Below, one piece after another: positions 1-5,557 of a stretch of DNA of 11,911 nucleotides. Below the pieces are notes generated by a model. That model was not told the DNA's origin, ran no database searches, and worked only from the letters and a program-made list of their open reading frames with translations. The position numbers and the translations under genes were made by a program. Origin of the DNA: Gemmatimonadota bacterium. GTDB lineage: Bacteria > Gemmatimonadota > Gemmatimonadetes > Gemmatimonadales > GWC2-71-9. Numbering within the stretch: the first letter of the stretch is position 1; each line of letters starts with the position of its first letter. The DNA lies in contig JAZDCZ010000001.1 of NCBI GenBank assembly GCA_036679605.1, positions 1-11,911 on the forward strand. Reading direction: 5' to 3'.

Positions 1-1
1 A

Positions 2-172
2 CTCGTCAACGGCAAGCGCGGCGTGACGCCGGACACGGCGCTTCGGTTGGCGAAGCTGTTTGGAACCAGCCCGGAGTTCTGGCTCAACGGACAACAGGGC
101 TGGGACCTATGGCATGCGGTCAACTCGTCGGCATCGAAGCAGATTTCGAGGATCAAGCGAGTCGCCGTCTAA
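2..172 (+). CDS. higA: HigA-family HTH antitoxin (addiction module antidote), 3' part; starts before the window
   Basis: Frame 2 reads LVNGKRGVTPDTALRLAKLFGTSPEFWLNGQQGWDLWHAV...KRVAV*, with TAA at 170-172. This matches the HigA signature GKRxITxxxALRLxxxFGTSxEFWLxxQxxxDL. Absent from the ORF track because the start is missing. Confidence 0.9.
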   Translation, partial: LVNGKRGVTPDTALRLAKLFGTSPEFWLNGQQGWDLWHAVNSSASKQISRIKRVAV

Positions 173-191
173 GAGTACCGATCCAGAAAAC

Positions 192-413
192 CGGTGGTTT
201 CAGCTCACGCGCAACGACCGGATATTCTGTGTGCTCCTTGCTCGGTTCTGGCACGGGTGGCGCAATGCACTTGCGATCGTCCAACCGGACACTGTACTTC
301 GATAATACCGTACCGGTTTTCGGCTCTATTGGCGTCGAATCAGCAAGAACCGCGGTGGCAGACCCAGGATCGACCGGGAGTATCGCGACCTCGTCGCCCG
401 CATCGCTCGTCAT
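192..413 (+). pseudogene. N-terminal remnant of an integrase-core (DDE) IS transposase with an internal stop
   Basis: Frame 3 reads RWFQLTRNDRIFCVLLARFWHGWRNALAIVQPDTVLR*YRTGFRLYWRRISKNRGGRPRIDREYRDLVARIARH. This resembles the IVQPxTVLRWHRxGFRLYWRxKS...GRPRI motif of integrase-core transposases. TAA at 303-305 replaces the expected W, and similarity ends at ~413. Confidence 0.75.
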
Positions 414-582
414 AGCGCTCTCCCTTCGCCTCAACCGCGGCTTCTGCCAGTTCCGAACCACCGGCATTGCGGAGTGGAGTTGATCTCGACATCCTGGGTG
501 TTCCCGGCTAGGTAGGTTGTTTGCGTTGGTGCCGATTGCCTACCGGGCTCGGCACGACCCGAAGCTTGTATTCTTTGCGTGT

Positions 583-655
583 GCTGACGTAGCTCAGTTG
601 GTAGAGCAGCTGATTCGTAATCAGCAGGTCGGCGGTTCGAGTCCGCCCGTCGGTG
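583..655 (+). tRNA. tRNA-Thr (anticodon CGT), no encoded CCA, atypical acceptor end
   Basis: Cloverleaf GCTGACG-TA-GCTC AGTTGGTA GAGC-A-GCTGA TTCGTAA TCAGC-AGGTC-GGCGG TTCGAGT CCGCC-CGTCGGT-G. Anticodon CGT is at 616-618. Confidence 0.93.
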
Positions 656-763
656 GGCGTCAGCTAGATACTCACTATCTACTCACCTGAGCGGAAACTT
701 CAGGGGTTCGACTTATTAGGCCCCGAGGCCCAGGGACCGGCGGAAGATCAAGGCAGACGGTCT

Positions 764-871
764 CGGCAGAGGTCCTAGCCAGAGGATAGGCAAACGCGGA
801 AAACCAAGGCGGCGGGGCAGGTCGGCGCTTGCGGTCCGGCAGAGGGCCTAGCCAAAGGTGCTAGGCAGACG
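764..871 (+). repeat. Imperfect direct repeat pair, 73-bp period
   Basis: CGGCAGAGGTCCTAGCCAGAGG (764-785) versus CGGCAGAGGGCCTAGCCAAAGG (837-858), 20/22 identical. They continue as TAGGCAAACG and TAGGCAGACG respectively. Confidence 0.7.
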
Positions 872-1160
872 TGCTAGACGGACGGCCTCGCCAGACGGAC
901 AAAGCAGAGCAGCATGGCGGCAGTAAAAGGCGAAGCTCGCGCGACGGGGCGTCACGAGCGGCTGGCCACACCGGGGCCGAGACTCGGGGGCGGACGTTGC
1001 GCCTTTCATGCCGGCCGCAAACCCGGCGCATGCACGAGGGTTGTCCGTGGACCACGGAACTGGCTCACGGCCTTGCGCAGAGCTAAGCGATTGGCGTATT
1101 AAGAGATTCGTCCGGCTGATCCAAGGCTATGCGCGTAATAGGCCGCTAAGGGAGAGGCGG

Positions 1161-1178
1161 GTTAGATAATAGTTAGGC
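1161..1178 (+). other. attI-like integron recombination site (core GTTAGGC at 1172-1178)
   Basis: GTTAGATAATAGTTAGGC. GTTAGGCCGC (1172-1181) is the exact reverse complement of GCGGCCTAAC (2447-2456) at the far end of cassette 1. No attC hairpin precedes it, so it looks like attI rather than attC. Confidence 0.65.
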
Positions 1179-1228
1179 CGCCACAGCGGCCGCAAGCTGC
1201 ATGAGACGATCCAGCAAGGGAGGATTAG

Positions 1229-1612
1229 ATGGCGAAACCCAGAGCGTTCATCAGCTTCGAGATGGAAGACAAGTGGGCACGAGATTTCCTCGTGCAACAG
1301 GCCAAGGACAAGAACAACGACATCGAGTTCTATGACTATTCGGTCAAGGATCCGTTTGACGCGAAGTGGAAGACCGAATGCAAGAAGCGCATTGCGGGAA
1401 CCAAGGGCACTATCGTCCTCGTGGGAGCCACGACCTCCAAGTCGGAGGCCGTTCTGTGGGAGATTGCTGAAACGAATCGCCAGGATCACTACATGTTCGG
1501 CATCCAGATCAACAAGGACAAGACGCACCCGATCCCATCAGGGCTGCCGAGCAAGAATGTCATTTGCTGGAACTTCGATCAGATCGTCAAGTGGTTGAAC
1601 ACCTGGACCTGA
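1229..1612 (+). CDS. TIR-domain protein, Thoeris ThsB-like (DUF1863/MTH538 type); cassette 1 gene 1
   Basis: Motifs AFISF, FYDYSVKDPF, TIVLVGATT and AVLWEI, with putative catalytic E78. RBS GGGAGG lies just upstream of the ATG. Confidence 0.85.
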   Translation: MAKPRAFISFEMEDKWARDFLVQQAKDKNNDIEFYDYSVKDPFDAKWKTECKKRIAGTKGTIVLVGATTSKSEAVLWEIAETNRQDHYMFGIQINKDKTHPIPSGLPSKNVICWNFDQIVKWLNTWT

Positions 1613-1618
1613 CTGGCC

Positions 1619-2446
1619 ATGTACCTCGATGATCTCGCTGCGAAGATCCGGGGCCACGTTCCCGACGACCGGATGCCGGACGCTGATTCCGAAGACCTTT
1701 TCCGGCTCTACGCGGTCCTTCTTCGAGCCAAAGGCGCGGACATAACGCAGAGCGACGTCCATGATGCATGGTCGGCATGGATGGCAAGACGTGACGGCGA
1801 GCACGCGTCGTTAGTCGCGTACGAGAACTTGCCCGAGGACGTCCGAGAGGAAGATCGAGTCTTTACGACGGCTGTCCGGAAGGCCGCCGACCAACTTGGG
1901 CAAGCGGCAGGCTCCCGGCCGTCGTTTGCAGAAATCCTCTTTCCCTCGGGGCCGCCGGCTAGTGACGCAGAAACTCGGCAGGCTCTCGACCTTTACAAGA
2001 TCATGGTTGATAGTTCCGAAGGCCTGGTGAGTCGTCGGCAAGCCGTGAACACCTTCTTCTTGACGATGAACGGCGCATTGCTCACGGCCTCCGGGATTAT
2101 CGTGCAGAGTTCCGATGCCAGTAGACTGAGCGGTGTTGGGATTGCTGTATTGGCAGTAGCTGGAGCAATCCTCTGCGCAGCATGGAGAAGCCTGATTACT
2201 TCGTTCGGCCAGCTCAACCGCGGCAAGTTCCAGGTGATCAACACCATCGAACGCTACTTGAAGACAGCTATCTATGCCGCCGAATGGGAAGCGCTCGACC
2301 GTGGCGAGAATCCGAAGATCTATCGGTCCTTTACCTCGCGAGAAATATGGGTCCCGAATGCGTTACTTGTCCTGCACATTCTGACGGTGCTGGGCGCACT
2401 GCTATTTGCCGGAGGTTTCTACCACTTGGGCGGGGGGCAGGGGTGA
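1619..2446 (+). CDS. Membrane protein with N-terminal RyR-repeat-like domain and C-terminal ~3-TM putative oligomeric pore/effector domain; cassette 1 gene 2
   Basis: aa 47-80 VHDAWSAW...HASLVAYENLPEDVREEDR resembles the RyR-domain motif HxxW...HPxLVPYxxLPExxKExDR. Hydrophobic helices at ~143-162, ~170-189 and ~245-268, plus LYKxxVxxxxxxxxRRxxxNxFF and LNxGKFxVIxxIE, resemble from memory the family labelled RipA-like octameric membrane protein. Starts 6 nt after the TIR stop. Confidence 0.75.
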   Translation: MYLDDLAAKIRGHVPDDRMPDADSEDLFRLYAVLLRAKGADITQSDVHDAWSAWMARRDGEHASLVAYENLPEDVREEDRVFTTAVRKAADQLGQAAGSRPSFAEILFPSGPPASDAETRQALDLYKIMVDSSEGLVSRRQAVNTFFLTMNGALLTASGIIVQSSDASRLSGVGIAVLAVAGAILCAAWRSLITSFGQLNRGKFQVINTIERYLKTAIYAAEWEALDRGENPKIYRSFTSREIWVPNALLVLHILTVLGALLFAGGFYHLGGGQG

Positions 2447-2449
2447 GCG

Positions 2450-2513
2450 GCCTAACAATCGGTTGCAGCGGACGGTCCGCTGCGCGGCCCGCCACTGAAC
2501 CGAAACGTTACGC
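2450..2513 (+). other. attC site 1 (64 bp)
   Basis: R'' GCCTAAC and R' GTTACGC. TCGGTT(G)CAGCGG pairs with CCACTGAACCGA, leaving the typical extrahelical base, around an inner CGGTCCGC/GCGGCCCG stem. Confidence 0.9.
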
Positions 2514-2528
2514 ACTATAAGAGCAACC

Positions 2529-3173
2529 ATGTTCGCGCAAATAAAGAGTGTTGTTGACTTACTCCGATCTGGAGTCACCGAGTTTCGGAGTTTCAGGAGC
2601 GAAACGGAACGTGATGAAGCCGTTTTGGGTTTGTTGCGTGTGTACTTCACTCTCAAAGATTGTGTCGATGATGGCGAACAACTGGTCGCTGAAGCAGAAC
2701 CGGACCCCGTTCAGAAAGTTTCCTCAATGGTGCCCGCCGAAGCGATCTCAACACTTGAAAGGTGGGATGCAACAATCCGAAAGCAAGGCATCAGGCTATA
2801 CCATCTTCAAGGGGCCATTTTCGGCCAAGATCACCTTACCGTCATTAACCCTGCGCTCCAGCGACGCATAAGCGAGGTTATCGGCTACAAGATGGATCGC
2901 ACCATTACTTTGCATGGCATTGGTGCAGCCCTTTTCTTCAGAGCGGCTTTTCCAATGTCACGCACCAACGAAGGAAAAGCACGCTACGTCGCTGTCATGA
3001 CTGGCGAAGAAGACAGTAGTCTCAATATGTCGAGAATCCGAGGCGAGATCGCTGCGCTGCGCGAATCTCTTGATCAATATCGTCTTGTTGTCGGGCGCTT
3101 GACGTCAGATGCCGAGTTACTCAAGCTTTCTCAGCGTGCGCGAAATGAGACAAGATTTACAGATGATGCATAA
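2529..3173 (+). CDS. Hypothetical alpha-helical protein (cassette 2)
   Basis: 214-aa ORF that fills the cassette. The ATG is 15 nt after R' of attC1 and the TAA stop lies inside R'' (GCATAAC) of attC2, as is typical of cassette genes. Confidence 0.85.
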   Translation: MFAQIKSVVDLLRSGVTEFRSFRSETERDEAVLGLLRVYFTLKDCVDDGEQLVAEAEPDPVQKVSSMVPAEAISTLERWDATIRKQGIRLYHLQGAIFGQDHLTVINPALQRRISEVIGYKMDRTITLHGIGAALFFRAAFPMSRTNEGKARYVAVMTGEEDSSLNMSRIRGEIAALRESLDQYRLVVGRLTSDAELLKLSQRARNETRFTDDA

Positions 3174-3238
3174 CAAACGCTTGCAGCGGACCGTCAAGAG
3201 CTGCGCTTTTCGCCGTCCGTTGAAGCTTCACGTTAGCT
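3168..3238 (+). other. attC site 2 (71 bp)
   Basis: R'' GCATAAC and R' GTTAGCT. GCTT(G)CAGCGGAC pairs with GTCCGTTGAAGC. Confidence 0.9.
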
Positions 3239-3265
3239 GGATGAGCACGGAGGAGGTCGCATCTG

Positions 3266-3736
3266 ATGAAGTGGAAGAAATGGCTTGAAAACTGGGACAT
3301 GACTTCCCTCAAGATCAATGCTCCCTTCCTTGAGATGGAGTGGAGCCCCGCCGAATCCGACAAGGTCGCGGCGTGGGAGCTGTACATCGAACTTCTAACA
3401 CGGATCACTACCCAGGAGTTAGAAGATAGCGACGGCGACGAGAAGACGGCCTTGGACAGCATTTACTCCCTGTTCTCAATCACACGCTCGATCATCAAAG
3501 GGAACGGGCGTGATTGCATCGAATTCACTAAGATCGCGGTCGTCGTACTCAATCAAGTCATACGTCCGTTCACGGCGCGATGGCATCGGGCATTGATTGC
3601 AGGGAAGCTGGAGGATCCAGCCGTTTGCGCTGACTTCCGAACCGCGCTCCGAGAGCTTCAAATTGTCCTTCGCCGGTACACGGCCATGCTCTCGGAGATG
3701 GCTGGCGTCGAGGATCTCACAGAACTGGAGGACTGA
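3266..3736 (+). CDS. Hypothetical helical-bundle protein coupled to a TIR gene; cassette 3 gene 1
   Basis: 156 aa with RBS GGAGGAGG. Trp/Lys-rich amphipathic N-terminus MKWKKWLENW, and segments AAWELYIELLTRITTQ, GDEKTALDSIYSLF and VLNQVIRPFTARWH that look conserved. Confidence 0.85.
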   Translation: MKWKKWLENWDMTSLKINAPFLEMEWSPAESDKVAAWELYIELLTRITTQELEDSDGDEKTALDSIYSLFSITRSIIKGNGRDCIEFTKIAVVVLNQVIRPFTARWHRALIAGKLEDPAVCADFRTALRELQIVLRRYTAMLSEMAGVEDLTELED

Positions 3737-3739
3737 CCC

Positions 3740-4360
3740 GTGCCGTCGAGCAAGCACAAGGTTTTCATTAGCTACCACCACACCAATGACCAATTCTACA
3801 AGGAGGAACTCCTTCGTCTAAATGCCCAGTATGGGTTGTTCATTGACGCGTCTGTGGATACCGGCGATATCGACGACAACCTGGACGATGATGCGATACG
3901 CACGAAGATACGCGATGAGTACCTGAGAGATTCGACCGTCACCCTGCTCCTCGCCGGCCTGGAAACAAAAAAGCGAAAGCACGTTGACTGGGAGGTATAC
4001 TCGAGCATGTTCAATGGGATGGTGAACAAGCAGTCAGGCCTACTCGTGGTCAACCTGCCAAGCACTGGATGCACGACCTTTACTGCTGCTCATGGGGATG
4101 ACGAAAAGAAGACCGTGTATCCCGAGAACACTTCATGGGTTACCGTTACGACCCGGGCCGACTACGAGAGTCGATATCCACAGGTTCCCGATCGGATAAT
4201 CGATAACTTGCTCAGGAACAACGCCAAGGTTTCAGTTACGAATTGGGAAAGGGTAACGAGCGACATCGAGAAGCTTCGCTTTCTCATTGATGCGACATTC
4301 GATGATAGGGAGCACTGCGAATACGACTTGAGTCGCCCAATGAGAAGGGCAACTTCCTGA
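3740..4360 (+). CDS. TIR-domain protein, Thoeris ThsB-like (DUF1863 type); cassette 3 gene 2
   Basis: Motifs KVFISYHH, FIDASVDTGDIDD, IRDEYLRDSTVTLLLAG and RKHVDWEV, with putative catalytic E85. GTG start is 3 nt after the upstream TGA, and its RBS GGAGG lies inside the upstream gene. Confidence 0.88.
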   Translation: MPSSKHKVFISYHHTNDQFYKEELLRLNAQYGLFIDASVDTGDIDDNLDDDAIRTKIRDEYLRDSTVTLLLAGLETKKRKHVDWEVYSSMFNGMVNKQSGLLVVNLPSTGCTTFTAAHGDDEKKTVYPENTSWVTVTTRADYESRYPQVPDRIIDNLLRNNAKVSVTNWERVTSDIEKLRFLIDATFDDREHCEYDLSRPMRRATS

Positions 4361-4370
4361 GTGATGAACC

Positions 4371-4432
4371 AGCTAACAACGGCATGTAGCGGACGGCGCT
4401 GCGCGCCGCCGCTGATGCTGGAGCCGTTAGGC
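4371..4432 (+). other. attC site 3 (62 bp)
   Basis: R'' AGCTAAC and R' GTTAGGC. CGGCAT(G)TAGCGG(A)CGGCGC pairs with GCGCCGCCGCTGATGCTG. Confidence 0.9.
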
Positions 4433-4437
4433 AGCAG

Positions 4438-4904
4438 ATGCGGTCGTATATCGTCATAGCCTTGGCCGTCGGGTTCGCCGGTGTCGCACTAGTTGGGTGT
4501 AAGCCCGTATGTGGGGTCCCGTCCGCAGAGAAAGATGGCGTGGAGCTCTGTTTCGTAAAATACGAGCACCGTAATGAGCGCCCTTACGTAGTTGTACGGC
4601 AATCAATCACACTGAGTCGGACCTTGAATATACCGGGTACGCCGCCGAGCACCCATTCTATCAAACGGCCATCCCTGGGAAGGGTGGAAAATGGGAATAC
4701 GTCGATCTCTGTGGGTTCGGCACGCATGAACAGATTCTATCGGCGGGTGGTAGCTTCGACTTCGGGGTCGATATGAACTTCATGACGCCGGGGCCAGTGT
4801 TCCGTGTTACGGTTCGTTTTGTTCGACGCGACGACGATGGAACGGACTCGGACTATCAGGCCGAGTCACGGCCGATTCTTCCCATACGCCTGCGGCCTAA
4901 CTAG
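4438..4904 (+). pseudogene. Frameshifted lipoprotein gene (cassette 4), ~155 aa if repaired
   Basis: Signal peptide with lipobox (MRSYIVIALAVGFAGVALVG-C) in frame 1. From ~4599 frame 3 is open (AINHTESDLEYTGYAAEHPFY...WEYVDLCGFG...PIRLRPN*) to TAG 4902-4904, at the left edge of attC4. This implies one missing base near 4597-4602. Confidence 0.7.
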
Positions 4905-4985
4905 CGAACGGAGCAGACTGGTGTGAACGCAACTTATGAACGCAAAAGTGAGTCCCCCGGGCCACTCGTTCGCAAGGCGTTAGGC
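4895..4985 (+). other. attC site 4 (91 bp, divergent type)
   Basis: R'' GCCTAAC and R' GTTAGGC. GCGAACG(G)AG pairs with CTCGTTCGC, enclosing a long, poorly paired centre. Confidence 0.8.
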
Positions 4986-5096
4986 GGATAAGCATTGGTA
5001 AGGGTGAGCGTGTCAGAGGACAGGACAAGATGAGTCGAACTCAACCTACGATCCAGGAATCGGAAACCAACTCCGTGTCGGTCGCCCGATCCCTAT

Positions 5097-5142
5097 TGTC
5101 AACGCCGGTAGAAAAGTGGACCAGCGAGCCGGCGTGGACTCA
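5097..5142 (+). mobile_element. Isolated IS21-family-like terminal repeat
   Basis: TGTCAACGCCGGTAGAAAAGTGGACCAGCGAGCCGGCGTGGACTCA has a TG terminus and an internally repeated GCCGG...TGGAC unit, resembling IS21-family ends. No istA/istB follow. Confidence 0.55.
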
Positions 5143-5183
5143 CCATGCCACTGTTCGAGAACAAAACGATTTAGACCAAGTAG

Positions 5184-5312
5184 CGCAATGACCGCCGCGC
5201 CAATGGCGTCTGTCGGCCGCTTCGGTCCTTGTGGACCTTTGGGCACGCCGGGGTCATACGACACCGAGACAACCGATCCCCACAGGGGCAGAATTCAACC
5301 TGAGACACTACC
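5184..5312 (-). mobile_element. Remnant end of an IS1-family-like element with a truncated small passenger gene
   Basis: The minus strand begins GGTAGTGTCTCAGGTTGAATT (5312-5292), similar to the IS1 end GGTAATGACTCC. From GTG at 5246 it reads (M)PKGPQGPKRPTDAIGAAVIA, like the small MPKGPxGxKRPADVIGxAV proteins I recall from such elements. Similarity stops at ~5184. Confidence 0.55.
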
Positions 5313-5557
5313 CGGCTCCCCCCAGGCCCAGCAAATGACGGCAGCCCTCCGAACCGGCCGTGATCAAAAAGCCTTTAGCTTCGAAGAGGTTGATCGTTAC
5401 AGTGATCACATGCGGCGTCCCTCCTTCGCGCTCTCGTCCGAGAGCATTTCGGTTTTTCGTGTCACAACGAAGTAGTACGTCGCTTTTCTTTACGTCTCAA
5501 TCAACACACACTTCTTGCCGTATAACGCTCATGAATGTTACGTACCTGAGGGATCGC

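Larger units (their letters stand above)
1172..5096 (+). mobile_element. Integron gene cassette array (4 complete cassettes plus 1 truncated), no intI in window
   Basis: Four attC sites, all genes co-oriented. Each cassette's leading GTT core is complementary to its own trailing inverse core: 1172/2447-2456 (10/10), 2507/3167-3174 (7/8), 3232/4369-4377 (9/9), 4426/4891-4901 (10/11). Confidence 0.9.

Noticed and set aside
656..1160. Integron integrase or remnant upstream of attI; short ORFs 861-1055, 871-1086 and 914-1102
   Set aside because: No IntI or tyrosine-recombinase motifs in the frames I read. The ORFs are Arg/Ala/Gly-rich GC-frame noise.
1229..4360. Calling these loci canonical Thoeris (thsA/thsB)
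   Set aside because: No SIR2, SLOG or Macro-domain ThsA is present, so gene symbols were withheld.
2450..4985. CRISPR array or REP interpretation of the recurring palindromes
   Set aside because: The repeats are separated by whole genes and have attC R/L box architecture.
5374..5409. Minus-strand VITVTINLFEAK resembling a Phd/YefM antitoxin N-terminus
   Set aside because: Only 12 codons of similarity with no continuation, so chance cannot be excluded.
5515..5543. dif/pdif-like site TTGCCGTATAA-CGCTCAT-GAATGTTACGT
   Set aside because: The spacer is 7 nt rather than 6, the XerD-side match is only 7/11, and there is no convincing partner site. It could equally be a -10 element (TATAAC).
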